From: Alteromonas naphthalenivorans | Lineage (GTDB): Bacteria > Babelota > Babeliae > Babelales > CAIQNR01 | Length of the DNA: 13,584 bases | Reading direction: 5' to 3' | Assembly: GCA_047631715.1 (NCBI GenBank) | Contig: JBLICC010000022.1 | Span: 1 to 13,584, forward strand | Part shown: piece after piece, positions 1 through 9,064 of the stretch | Layout of the letters: the number at the start of each line of letters is the position of its first letter | Position numbering within the stretch: the first letter of the stretch is position 1 | Position numbers and translations under genes: made by a program | Notes under the pieces: model-generated | The model's input: the letters and a program-made list of their open reading frames with translations, nothing else | Databases searched by the model: none | Told to the model about the DNA's origin: nothing

Positions 1-1
1 C

Positions 2-1615
2 GGGAAGTTCTTGTTTTATTGTTTGTTTGAGTTTGATACCCAGTTGTTTTGCTTCCTGCTCAAGAACTTTAAAATAGTTATTAAAAAGCTTATTTTTAAA
101 GAGATAGTTAACGCGTTGCTTTACGTTTGTAAGTTCTTTTAATTGTGGTTGTTTTGAATGGGTTGTATAAAGATTCCAAGCTAAAGAAGAAAAATCCATA
201 AGATTATTATAAGCAGCAGCTTGCGTTTGAGCATGGTACATTTCAAAATCAAAAAAGATACCACCAATGGGAACTTGATTATCTGCATGTTGTTTCCAGT
301 GAGTTATAAACTTTTTGAGGGGATCTATAAATTCTTCTTGCCAAAAATGTTGTTTATCAAGGGGTGCTGGTATTTTGGTATATTGTTTTCCATATACATC
401 TATTACAGGATGTTTAACGGGTGATTTACTATAATTATTGGTGAGATCAAATCCAACAAAAATGGTTGGTTGATTTTGTTTGTTATATTTTTTGGCCAGT
501 TCTTTAGTAAGATTTTGTATACCTGTCGTTACTTTTTTAAATTCTTTTTCCGATCGTATGGCCTGCTTACTCAAAAACCATTCTGGATTAAATGAGGTCC
601 ATAGTAGATTAACATTACTTTTTTTAATGTAGTCTACAGCGGTTTTCCAATTGTTCTCTAATGGCTCTATCTCCATCCAGGCACAAGTTATTTTTTTCTT
701 AAACAGTGGATTAGAGTTTTTCTTAAGATTAGCAAAAGGTTTTTTAGGCAGCACAGCAGAAGGCAATACTAGTTCTGAACCATGAGTTGTTGGAGTGTTC
801 CCTGTTATGAGCGTTGCATGCAATTGAGCCAATGTGTGTTGAATGGTGATGAGTAATTTTTCTCTGTCTTTAAGATCGTAAGGAGAGAAGAACATGTTTT
901 CTTCTAGTTCAGCGCCTTTGAAACTGCTATCTGCACCAAGTAAAAGAGCGGCTTGCTTTTGGGGTTTAACATAGATGCCGAGGGGTAAGACACTTTGTAG
1001 ATAGGTATTTTTTCTATCGACCGGTAGTGTGATGGGTTTGTGAGTTAATTTTTTTAAAGATGAAAGTCGACAACGAGAATCTTTTTTTAATTTTGGTGTT
1101 GGAAGTCCGGAAGGAAACAAAGATGTTCTGTAGATTGAGCTCCGTTGCTCGTCGGTAGAAAAAATACAGGGTCCAAGGTCTTTCATGATGGTACATAGTT
1201 GAGAATCGATTTGGAGTTGATTAAAAAATGCACAAAGCGCGTTTTTGTTGAGTTCTGTTTGAGGTAGTTTTCCTGGAAACAAGAGTGTAAGGAGCTTATT
1301 TTCTTGTTTCGTAAAATCTTTGAGTAATGAAATTATTCTTTTAGTTAAAAGACTTTTTTGTTTGATAACGCTGTTTTGGAAGAACAAAGGGTCCATAAAT
1401 AAAAATACAGCGTCAAAGGCATCGAGTGTTGTGGGAGGGTTGTAAAAATTGGCAAAAGAGTAATTAAAATCAACCGATTCTGCAAGTGCCTGAAGTTGCG
1501 AGTAGCTTGCTTCTGAATTTCCGCTTGTATCAAGAACAAGTAGTTTTTTTTGTGGTGCGGCGTGTGCTACTTGTATGTAGCCTAAAAATAGTAAGTAATA
1601 CTTTAACTTTTTCAT
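2..1615 (-). CDS. Secreted protein, 3'-truncated by the window edge (>538 aa); C-terminal half resembles a glycoside hydrolase-like TIM barrel
   Basis: Not in the ORF track. Hand translation shows an uninterrupted frame from ATG at 1615 (MKKLKYYLLFLGYIQVAHA-APQKKLLVLD..., signal peptide ending in AHA) to the window edge. A purine-rich AAGGGGAAAAAGG tract and a promoter lie upstream. Later motifs include TCAWMEIEP, YIKKSNVNLLW, IPAPLDKQHFW and PIGGIFFDFEMY. The ORF is well supported; the product is inference. Confidence 0.85.
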   Translation of the reverse strand, partial: MKKLKYYLLFLGYIQVAHAAPQKKLLVLDTSGNSEASYSQLQALAESVDFNYSFANFYNPPTTLDAFDAVFLFMDPLFFQNSVIKQKSLLTKRIISLLKDFTKQENKLLTLLFPGKLPQTELNKNALCAFFNQLQIDSQLCTIMKDLGPCIFSTDEQRSSIYRTSLFPSGLPTPKLKKDSRCRLSSLKKLTHKPITLPVDRKNTYLQSVLPLGIYVKPQKQAALLLGADSSFKGAELEENMFFSPYDLKDREKLLITIQHTLAQLHATLITGNTPTTHGSELVLPSAVLPKKPFANLKKNSNPLFKKKITCAWMEIEPLENNWKTAVDYIKKSNVNLLWTSFNPEWFLSKQAIRSEKEFKKVTTGIQNLTKELAKKYNKQNQPTIFVGFDLTNNYSKSPVKHPVIDVYGKQYTKIPAPLDKQHFWQEEFIDPLKKFITHWKQHADNQVPIGGIFFDFEMYHAQTQAAAYNNLMDFSSLAWNLYTTHSKQPQLKELTNVKQRVNYLFKNKLFNNYFKVLEQEAKQLGIKLKQTIKQELP

Positions 1616-1642
1616 CCTTTTTCCCCTTAATCCTTGCGTATA

Positions 1643-1672
1643 ATTATAACAAGTTTAGGAAGGCGGGTGCAA
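1643..1672 (-). promoter_or_regulatory. Putative sigma70 promoter for the CDS starting at 1615
   Basis: Minus strand TTGCAC (1672-1667), 18-nt spacer, TATAAT (1648-1643) preceded by TGn (extended -10). Confidence 0.65.
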
Positions 1673-1713
1673 TATATAGAACGAATACGAGAAATAAAAA
1701 TGATTAGTTACTT

Positions 1714-1735
1714 AAAAAAACACTGCGTAGGTGTT
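1714..1735 (-). terminator. Weak candidate intrinsic terminator after CDS 1738..2133
   Basis: Minus strand AACAC-CTACGCA-GTGTT followed by a T run, immediately after the stop codon. The stem is only 5 bp. Confidence 0.3.
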
Positions 1736-1737
1736 AT

Positions 1738-2133
1738 TTATATTAATGAACGATGTTTGCTTAAAAAAAGTGTGCCTTGTGAGCTTTGTAAGTAAGCAAG
1801 TAGACATTGTTCTGGAGTTAGATCGGGATTATGTTTAAATGCTTTGCTTAAAGCTAAGATTAAAGCTCCAGTACCTTGAACAGCACTGCTGATCGAGTGT
1901 ATAATTTCTTCGTCATCATCAGCTTCTTTTGCTGCAAAAGCATTGAGTATGTTGGGTACAATTGAGTGTAGAATAGTGCCGATTATAAGTGGCCCTGTGT
2001 CTTTTTCTTCTTTTTTTTCTTCTGGTTTAGCTTTTTTCTCAGGCTGTTCAGTTTGCTCAGGCTGTTCAGTTTGCTCGGCACTCAGTGATGTGAGTAAGCA
2101 TAACGATGCAAAACATAACATAAAACGTTTCAT
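1738..2133 (-). CDS. Hypothetical secreted protein (131 aa) with a charged low-complexity linker and helical C-terminal part
   Basis: ATG with AAGGAG RBS (2145-2140); signal peptide MKRFMLCFASLCLLTSLSA; E/K/Q/P-rich segment follows. Confidence 0.8.
   Translation of the reverse strand: MKRFMLCFASLCLLTSLSAEQTEQPEQTEQPEKKAKPEEKKEEKDTGPLIIGTILHSIVPNILNAFAAKEADDDEEIIHSISSAVQGTGALILALSKAFKHNPDLTPEQCLLAYLQSSQGTLFLSKHRSLI
2038..2076. repeat. In-frame 18-bp tandem repeat (2 copies + 3 nt) encoding EQTEQP x2
   Basis: ctcaggctgttcagtttg at 2038-2055 and 2056-2073, then ctc. Confidence 0.95.
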
Positions 2134-2208
2134 AGTACTCTCCTTAAAGACGTATTTCTCGTATTCAAAGTAAATTATACTATGTTATTGGACCAAGCGG
2201 GAAGGAGT

Positions 2209-3510
2209 TTACTTATCTTTAAAGACAAGCACCTGAACCACGCGCTTTGGAGTAGATTTCTGTATTTGAAAAACGTATCCCTCATAAGCAAAACGTTCAC
2301 CTTTACGGGGTAAGTGTTGAAGCTTTTCGGTTAAAAACCCTGCCAGAGTAATAGCATCTTCATTGTTAAAGCGAATATTTAATAACTTTGATATTTCGTA
2401 CAAATCAACACCAGCATAGATTAACCATCCACCATTTTCTAGTGGAACAATATGTTCGGCAACAGATTCGTGTTCATCATTAATATCACCAACAATTTCT
2501 TCAATTGCATCTTCTAGGGTTACAAGTCCGATAATGCCACCATATTCATTAAGAACCATAGCAATATGATGACGTTGCTGTTTGAATTGTCGTAATAGTT
2601 GGTTTACTCGCATACTTTCTGGCACAAATAAAATAGGACGAACTAATGCTTTAAGTGGTTTTTCTTCTTCTTGAGAAAGCGAAAGTAAAAGAAAAATATC
2701 TTTTTGGTGAACCATTCCAATAATATTATCTGCTCTGCCTTCATAAACTGGTAAACGAGAAAAGTGATATTTAGCAAATACTTTAAGTGCCTCGTCTATG
2801 GTTGTTTCAACATTAAGGGTAAGAACATCAACTTCCGGCACCATGATTTCTTCTACTTTAGTATTTCCTAAGTCAAAAATGCTATTGAGCATTTGGCTTT
2901 TATCGCTGTCCATGAGGCCTTTTTTATTAATGTACTCAATTAAGAATTGGATTTCTTTTTCGGACGAAAGCATATTTTCGGCACCATCTTTTGATCCATC
3001 ATTTTTACGCATTGCTCCAATAATAGAATTAGAGAGCATAGAAAGTATAATAACAAGTGGATACATCAAATAGAATGTTATATTGATAAGCCAGAGTGTT
3101 GATTTAAAAAGAGAAGATCCATAGGCTTGGGCAATATTTTTGGGTAAAATTTCTCCGATGATTAAAATTGCAGTTGTAGCTATAGCAATACCCAAAGAAA
3201 ACCCAAGCCCTTCAGAAAGTTGTAGTCTTGCAAAAAGATCTTCCATAACCTGGGTAATAAGTGCTGCAGATGTAACATTAGCAATGCTGTTTGCAATCAA
3301 GATAGAGATTAAGACACGCTGAGGTTCTTGCTCAAGTGTTGTAAAGAGCAAGCGATAGCCTTTGGTGCCCTTTGCAATCTCTTTAAGATTAAATAATCGC
3401 AGTGCTGTGACAGCTGTTTCTAAAAAAGAAAACAATGCACAAAACAATAACGAAACAGTAAAGTAACTAATTTGTAAATACATTATTCCACTGGTTAGGG
3501 GAGCTTCCAT
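2209..3510 (-). CDS. CNNM/HlyC-CorC family membrane protein (DUF21 + 2 CBS + CorC_HlyC), probable Mg2+/Co2+ transporter
   Basis: FSFLETA, ILIANSIAN and GEILPKNIA in the transmembrane DUF21 region; VEEIMVP, FSRLPVY and GLVTLEDAIEEIVGDINDEHE in the CBS pair; TLAGFL...HLPRKGE in the C-terminal domain. Confidence 0.93.
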   Translation of the reverse strand: MEAPLTSGIMYLQISYFTVSLLFCALFSFLETAVTALRLFNLKEIAKGTKGYRLLFTTLEQEPQRVLISILIANSIANVTSAALITQVMEDLFARLQLSEGLGFSLGIAIATTAILIIGEILPKNIAQAYGSSLFKSTLWLINITFYLMYPLVIILSMLSNSIIGAMRKNDGSKDGAENMLSSEKEIQFLIEYINKKGLMDSDKSQMLNSIFDLGNTKVEEIMVPEVDVLTLNVETTIDEALKVFAKYHFSRLPVYEGRADNIIGMVHQKDIFLLLSLSQEEEKPLKALVRPILFVPESMRVNQLLRQFKQQRHHIAMVLNEYGGIIGLVTLEDAIEEIVGDINDEHESVAEHIVPLENGGWLIYAGVDLYEISKLLNIRFNNEDAITLAGFLTEKLQHLPRKGERFAYEGYVFQIQKSTPKRVVQVLVFKDK

Positions 3511-3534
3511 AGTTTTTAACTAGCCTTTCTTTTA

Positions 3535-5667
3535 TTATTCAATCGAGTCACCAGGACCGATGTCAAATTCCTTATCAAAGAAGGTTTGGAGCTTTTTGCT
3601 ACGAGAAGGGTGCCTTAGTTTTCTTAATGCTTTCACTTCAATTTGTCGAATGCGTTCTCTCGTTACCGAAAAGTCTTTACCAACTTCTTCGAGTGTATGT
3701 TCTGAGGCTACATCAATTCCGAACCGCATTTTAAGAACTTTCTCTTCTCGAGGTGCTAAAGTCTTTAGAACCTGGCGAACTCTCTCTTTTAAATCTGAGT
3801 TTGCAACTGTATCTGCAGGAGAAAATTCGTCATCATGTGGAATGAAATCTTTAAGAAATGCATCTTCACTATCACCCACGGGAGACTCAAGAGAAACTGG
3901 TTCTTTAGAGATTTTTATAATGTTCTTAATTTTCTTTTCATCAAGATTAAGTTCTTTAGCAAGCTCTGCATAAGTAGGTTCTCGTCCATTTTGCTGAATA
4001 AAGAGACGTTTAATCTTATTAATTTTATTAAGAGTTTCAACCATATGAACAGGAACACGAATGGTTCTTGATTGATCGGCAATAGCACGTGTAATTGCCT
4101 GTTTAATCCACCATGTTGCATAGGTAGAAAATTTGTATCCACGTTCAAATTCAAATTTTTCTACAGCCTTCATAAGACCAATATTACCTTCTTGGATAAG
4201 ATCTAAGAAGTGAAGCCCGCGATTGACGTATTTTTTAGCAAGGTTTACTACCAAACGTAAGTTAGCTTTTGCTAATTCGTCTTTTGCTTTTTTATCATCA
4301 CGTTGGCTTTTAACGAGTTGGCGATAATATTTATTGATTTTATCGAGTGAAAGCCCAATTTCGCCTTCAGTTTTTTTGATAGATTTGCTTGCAATACGTG
4401 TTTCGACTTCAAGTTCTTCTATAGCTGCTTTTTCTTGAGGTCCTTGTTTTTTACTTTTCTTTAAAGAAGCAAGGCGCTTTGTATTGCCTTTAATGATCTC
4501 TTGTTTTTCTTGTATCTTAAAAAGATATTTTTCAATTTTTTTGCCAATTTTTCTAATAAATTTGTTAGCAAGACGAATTGATTTTATTTCATCGCTAATG
4601 GCTTTTTTATTTTCTTGGACTTTTAAAAGCATCTCTTTTTTCTTAGCCATAGAAGAAAGATCTTTTCGATACTTGATGTAAATTTGTTCTTCATTCTTAA
4701 TAAGGTCAGAGATTCTATTGAGTATTTTTAAGAATGCTTTTTGTTCTTCATCAATCTTTGGAATATTTTCTTCATCATATTCAGAAAATTGAATAATATC
4801 TTTAAGAGTAACCGTTTCTTTTGCGATCCGATCGATCATGCTAGTAAATTCTTTGTGTACAAATGGAAAGTGCGAAATTGCATCAATACAAAGACGTTTA
4901 CTGTTTGCTATATTGTCGGCAATGACTTTCTCGGTCACTTTATTTAAAAGAGGTATTTTACCAATATCACGTAGATAGCATTTTACACCATCGGTAATTT
5001 GGGCAGTCGTATCGGTTACTTCTTTTTCTTTTTCTTCACTTTCTTCTTCTGTATCAGCATTAATACTTGTTGCAAGTTTTTCTTTCATCTCGCCTTTGTG
5101 ACCAGAACCATATTCAGCTTTTTCTTGATCATAATCAACTTGTTGAACGAGTTCTTCTTCCATTATCAAAGCGATATGTTCTGATTCAAGTTCTTTTAGA
5201 AAATCATTTGCATCTTTTTCAGAGAGTTGCACTTTTTCATTAAAGGCAATGACTTCTTCATACGTAAGTACTCCATTTTCTTTACCTTTAACTAGGAGAG
5301 CTGTATGAAGTTCTTTTCTAAGAGTAGCTAAGTCTTTAGTAGGTACTCTTCTGGCTGTTTTTTTCTTGGGAGCCGCTTTTTTGCTGATTGGTTTAGCAAA
5401 AGTTTTTGTTTTTTTGACAGTCTTTGTTGATTGGTCTTTTGATGATGCCATTTTTTTAACCTGTTTTTTAGGGGCGCTTTTTACGGCTTGCATTGTTTTT
5501 TTAGGTATAGTGTATGCTTTTGGTTTGCTCTTTAAACCTTGTGTTTTTTTAGCAACAACTTTTTTCTTGATCGTCTTTTTAACAGGTTCTTTCTTAGAAA
5601 CAATGTTCTTAGTGGGTTTTTTAGTGGTGTTCCCAATGAGCCTATTCAAAATACTTTTAATAACCAT
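3535..5667 (-). CDS. rpoD: RNA polymerase primary sigma factor RpoD (sigma70) with long Lys-rich N-terminal extension
   Basis: Region 1.1 ([13 protein letters not shown]), 1.2 ([11 protein letters not shown]), region 2 (ANLRLVV...[17 protein letters not shown]...[10 protein letters not shown]), region 4 ([20 protein letters not shown]). Follows dnaG with a TAATG stop/start overlap at 5665-5669. Confidence 0.98.
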   Translation of the reverse strand: MVIKSILNRLIGNTTKKPTKNIVSKKEPVKKTIKKKVVAKKTQGLKSKPKAYTIPKKTMQAVKSAPKKQVKKMASSKDQSTKTVKKTKTFAKPISKKAAPKKKTARRVPTKDLATLRKELHTALLVKGKENGVLTYEEVIAFNEKVQLSEKDANDFLKELESEHIALIMEEELVQQVDYDQEKAEYGSGHKGEMKEKLATSINADTEEESEEKEKEVTDTTAQITDGVKCYLRDIGKIPLLNKVTEKVIADNIANSKRLCIDAISHFPFVHKEFTSMIDRIAKETVTLKDIIQFSEYDEENIPKIDEEQKAFLKILNRISDLIKNEEQIYIKYRKDLSSMAKKKEMLLKVQENKKAISDEIKSIRLANKFIRKIGKKIEKYLFKIQEKQEIIKGNTKRLASLKKSKKQGPQEKAAIEELEVETRIASKSIKKTEGEIGLSLDKINKYYRQLVKSQRDDKKAKDELAKANLRLVVNLAKKYVNRGLHFLDLIQEGNIGLMKAVEKFEFERGYKFSTYATWWIKQAITRAIADQSRTIRVPVHMVETLNKINKIKRLFIQQNGREPTYAELAKELNLDEKKIKNIIKISKEPVSLESPVGDSEDAFLKDFIPHDDEFSPADTVANSDLKERVRQVLKTLAPREEKVLKMRFGIDVASEHTLEEVGKDFSVTRERIRQIEVKALRKLRHPSRSKKLQTFFDKEFDIGPGDSIE

Positions 5668-7409
5668 TATATAAGCCCCTTACGCAATAATTTTTTCTTA
5701 AGATCGAGAAATGAAGTAACAATTTTTTGCACTGCTTCTTTGTTGTGATCTGCTTCTGCTCGTGCAAGTTGTAATTTTGTTCCACTCACGATTGTTTTCC
5801 AATATTTTTTTTCTAGGAGGATGACAATTTGATCAAAATCTTCCTCGTTTTCTTGACTCACTAGTAATTCATTTACCATACTCTTCTGATGATATTCAAG
5901 AGTGTCAAAAAAAAGAACAAATGTTTCGCTTTCGTCAGATCCTTCTACCTGCTTTAATTTGGCTATCAAATCTTGGAGTGGCTTTGGTGTATAATGCAAA
6001 AGTCGTTTGACTTCTTCTCGGTCTAATAACTGAGTGTTATTTAGTATAGCACACATGAATTTTTTTTCTAAAGAAGAAAGCTCAAAAACTGGCATTTGAG
6101 GCAGTTTTTCTTCTGTCTTAGCTGCAATAGGCTTATTTTTCTTGGTATATCCCATCTCTTTTTTTAACGAATTAAACGGTAAATTAAAGATACCTGATGC
6201 TTTTTGAAGGATAATATCCTGTTTAAAGGGGTCGGACAGGTTGGCAACAATAGCTAAAAAGCTTCGAGTTGAGGCCAATTTTTGTTGCAATGGTTGATGT
6301 GAAAAATCTTTTCCAAGCGCTTCTAGGTAGAATAAAAGAATATCTTTAGCCTGTGCTATTGCTGACTTAAGATCGCCATTATCATTAAGGTAAGTTGCCG
6401 GATCGTGCCCCTCGGGTAAGAAGATAACTTGTAGATCTAAGTTAACCTGCCAACATAATTCAGCCAGGCGCAACATTGCTTTTTGTCCTGCTGCATCACT
6501 GTCATAGACCAAGTATACTGTTTGAGCATGATGAGATAATAATTTTAAATGTTCAATGGTGCACGATGTTCCCAGAGTGGCAACGGTATTTCTATAGCCA
6601 TATTGAGCCATAGCGATACAGTCAGTATACCCTTCAACCATAAACACATGACCTGTTTTTTGTATTTCTTTTTTTGCCAGATCTAAACCAAAAAGTAATG
6701 AGCCTTTTAAGAAGTAGTCATTTTCTTTGGAATTATAATACTTTGAGCGTTCATCGGTTTTTTTGAGTACTCGTCCACCAAATCCACAATTGTTTCCCAG
6801 ATGATCTTTAATAGGGAAAATTAAACGTTGCTCAAAAGCGGAGTAGAGAGTTTTGCCTTCTGATGCAATGCCCGCATCAAATAAATCTTTGAGCATAAAT
6901 TGTTCATCGGCAATATCACGTGCAAGTGTTCTAATTGATCGTGACCCGCCAGGGAAGTAGCCAATTTTAAAAGTATTAATACTCGCTTGTGAAAATCCAC
7001 GTTTTTCTAAGTAGAGCATAACCGAAGGATGTTTGAATAATTGTGTATGGCACCAACTTGCTACTGCTTGGCAAACAGCAAAGTAGCGTTTTTTTTCATC
7101 TGTTTTTTCGGTTGATACTTGGCTAATAGTTTCTGGAAGTTCAATATTATGGCGTTCGGCTAAATGTTTTGCCGCTTCAACTTGCGTACAATTTTCTATT
7201 TTGGAGATGAATCCAATAACATCACCACTTTCTTGGCAACCAAAGCAATAGAAAATGCCGCGATGAGGGCTCACGGTAAAAGATCCGGTTTTTTCACTAT
7301 GAAATGGACAAGCGCCTTTCCAATAATTGCCGGCTTTTTTTAAAACTAGATGTTCTTGAACAACATCTAGGATAGATAATCGTTGTTTTACAAAGCTAAA
7401 TAAATTCAT
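5667..7409 (-). CDS. dnaG: DNA primase
   Basis: CHC2 zinc finger (CPFHSEKT...CFGC), FGGR, KYYNS, Toprim motifs EGYTD and YDSDAAG. ATG at 7409 preferred over TTG at 7418, but the start is uncertain. Confidence 0.97.
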   Translation of the reverse strand: MNLFSFVKQRLSILDVVQEHLVLKKAGNYWKGACPFHSEKTGSFTVSPHRGIFYCFGCQESGDVIGFISKIENCTQVEAAKHLAERHNIELPETISQVSTEKTDEKKRYFAVCQAVASWCHTQLFKHPSVMLYLEKRGFSQASINTFKIGYFPGGSRSIRTLARDIADEQFMLKDLFDAGIASEGKTLYSAFEQRLIFPIKDHLGNNCGFGGRVLKKTDERSKYYNSKENDYFLKGSLLFGLDLAKKEIQKTGHVFMVEGYTDCIAMAQYGYRNTVATLGTSCTIEHLKLLSHHAQTVYLVYDSDAAGQKAMLRLAELCWQVNLDLQVIFLPEGHDPATYLNDNGDLKSAIAQAKDILLFYLEALGKDFSHQPLQQKLASTRSFLAIVANLSDPFKQDIILQKASGIFNLPFNSLKKEMGYTKKNKPIAAKTEEKLPQMPVFELSSLEKKFMCAILNNTQLLDREEVKRLLHYTPKPLQDLIAKLKQVEGSDESETFVLFFDTLEYHQKSMVNELLVSQENEEDFDQIVILLEKKYWKTIVSGTKLQLARAEADHNKEAVQKIVTSFLDLKKKLLRKGLI

Positions 7410-7451
7410 AGATAACAAGGATACAGTAGATTATCAAAGATGGGTAGAGCG

Positions 7452-7757
7452 TTATCTTAAATAAAAGTACCCTAGGCAAAAAGTTATAACTCCGGTTGTG
7501 CCGGCTAAGAGGGTGGCATCGCGTAGCACTTGGCCTTGATATGCTTGATAAGCTGCTCTCTGTTGATTATTGTATTCAATAAAGTTTTTAAGTTGATTGT
7601 TTTTACGAGCAAGTTGGGCAACTTGTCTCTGAAGGTGATAGTTTCTTGTTTGAAATTTTCTTAGTTGAGCTGAAAGGTATTGAGTATTTGTATCGCTTGC
7701 AGTAATAGAGCCAAAAAGCAGATTAAGAGAGATTAGAGCTAGTAACTGTTTTTTCAT
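7452..7757 (-). CDS. Hypothetical exported protein (101 aa): signal peptide, coiled coil, C-terminal hydrophobic anchor
   Basis: MKKQLLALISLNLLFGSITA signal; Leu-heptad Q/N-rich middle; C-terminal LLAGTTGVITFCLGYFYLR. Overlaps the lgt 3' end by 35 nt. Confidence 0.7.
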   Translation of the reverse strand: MKKQLLALISLNLLFGSITASDTNTQYLSAQLRKFQTRNYHLQRQVAQLARKNNQLKNFIEYNNQQRAAYQAYQGQVLRDATLLAGTTGVITFCLGYFYLR

Positions 7758-8511
7758 TTGTTTTTTTCTTTCGAAATGCTTTATTTCTTATGATCATTCC
7801 CACTGTCATAATGCAATAAGCTATAAGTTGATTGTGAGAAAACATAAGAAATATCGGGTTGTGTCCTGCGCGGTGTGTATCAATAAGCAATCGTAAAAAT
7901 CCTGTAGCCCATAAAAAAGAGCCAAACAAGTAGCCAGAGCCATTACACTTGTGATTTTTGAGTGCATACAAAACAGTAAATATTATGCATAAACCAAGAG
8001 CACTTAATAACTGTGTGGGTATTAATGGTGTATTGAGTGGCGCAAGAGAATCTGGATTTGTATACGTATAACTGAGCCAATTGGTTGCTGGTTTACCATA
8101 GCAGCAGCCTGCAAAAAAGCAGCCGAGTCGAGCAATGGCGTGTACAAGCGGTACATAGATGGCAATACGGTCGAGCACAAACATAATGGGAATATTGTTG
8201 CGGTATAAGTAAGCGGGAATAACTATAAGGTTAACAAGTGTTGCACCAAATACAGAAAGACCCCCATCCCACACTGCAATTACTTCGAGCAGAGAGCTTG
8301 CACCATGTTCTGCAAGATACAGTGCTCGTGCGCCAATAACTCCGGACGCAATTACAAGACTGGTTAAGTTTAAGATTTTATCTAATGATATAACAGACAG
8401 TAATGGTTTATCACGTTTGATTAAAAACAAACCTGTTAATATTCCTAAGGCTATCATTGTGCCGTAAGTTTGAATGGCTATGGGGCCGTAGATGTGTAAA
8501 AGTGTAATCAT
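7723..8511 (-). CDS. lgt: Prolipoprotein diacylglyceryl transferase (divergent, GCCYG type)
   Basis: IQTYG, IGARALY, WDGGLS, RLGCFFAGCCYG, PTQL, R..ID..R and NQ motifs; multiple transmembrane segments. Confidence 0.88.
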   Translation of the reverse strand: MITLLHIYGPIAIQTYGTMIALGILTGLFLIKRDKPLLSVISLDKILNLTSLVIASGVIGARALYLAEHGASSLLEVIAVWDGGLSVFGATLVNLIVIPAYLYRNNIPIMFVLDRIAIYVPLVHAIARLGCFFAGCCYGKPATNWLSYTYTNPDSLAPLNTPLIPTQLLSALGLCIIFTVLYALKNHKCNGSGYLFGSFLWATGFLRLLIDTHRAGHNPIFLMFSHNQLIAYCIMTVGMIIRNKAFRKKKTNEKTVTSSNLS

Positions 8512-9029
8512 GAATATTCCGGTACTTTTAGTCTCATAACTTTTAGTACGCTTGGGTGATTTTTATCGGCACCAGCTCGTTTGAGGTGTTGAATTGCTAT
8601 ATTGGTTGCATTGCAATTATTAAATTCTGTTTCATCTTCGGAGTCCGTGTCTCCACCAGCGCTATTATGTATAGAAAGCATCCCCGATTTTTTATGCATA
8701 ATAGCTAAAGCAAGGGGAGTCATAGATATGCCTTTAAAAAGAGAATAAAAAGGGAAGATGTGGATTGCTGTTGTATCAACGTTTGCATTTGCAGCAAGAA
8801 GAGCGGCTATAATTTTGGGTGATCCGTATGCTGCAGCATAAGAAAGAGGTGTCATGTTATTTGGAAATGGTTTATTGGGATCTAATGTTTTTTTGTCTAA
8901 CAGAGGTTGTATTCGTTCTATGCAATCATTCGCAAGCGCAGTATCGATAATTCGACTTGAATTTTGAGGTTCACTGGCACAAAAAATGGTTTGAGAAATT
9001 AAGAGAGAGAGTAAGAGTAGTTTAAACAT
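8508..9029 (-). CDS. Secreted ankyrin-repeat protein (173 aa)
   Basis: Signal peptide MFKLLLLSLLISQTIFCA; ankyrin consensus TPLSYAAAYGSPKIIAALLAANANVD; second TPLALAI...LKRAGA. ATGA overlap with lgt. Confidence 0.88.
   Translation of the reverse strand: MFKLLLLSLLISQTIFCASEPQNSSRIIDTALANDCIERIQPLLDKKTLDPNKPFPNNMTPLSYAAAYGSPKIIAALLAANANVDTTAIHIFPFYSLFKGISMTPLALAIMHKKSGMLSIHNSAGGDTDSEDETEFNNCNATNIAIQHLKRAGADKNHPSVLKVMRLKVPEYS
8977..9020. repeat. 44-bp perfect direct repeat, copy 1 (signal-peptide coding region)
   Basis: gcacaaaaaatggtttgagaaattaagagagagagtaagagtag, identical to 9585-9628. Confidence 0.97.
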
Positions 9030-9064
9030 TAAGATTCTTTATGTTTAGAGATTTCGCATTTTTA

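Noticed and set aside
1105..1116. GTCCGGAAGGAA, resembling the SRP RNA domain IV loop
   Set aside because: The flanking CAGG/GCAGC bases and the long enclosing stem are absent, and it lies antisense within a CDS. Chance match.
221..1707. Track ORFs 221..424 (+), 1014..1196 (-), 1345..1539 (-), 1486..1707 (+)
   Set aside because: They are shadow or alternate-frame ORFs overlapping the long minus-strand CDS <2..1615 and its promoter.
1943..5748. Short ORFs overlapping CDS 1738..2133, the CNNM gene, rpoD and the dnaG end
   Set aside because: Antisense or off-frame shadows of well-supported genes. Their hydrophobic Phe-rich look simply mirrors Lys/Glu codons on the coding strand.
9002..9011. 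(AG)5 tract in the signal-peptide repeat as a phase-variation switch
   Set aside because: Too short for typical slipped-strand switching, the same length in both copies, and explained by Leu/Ser codons.
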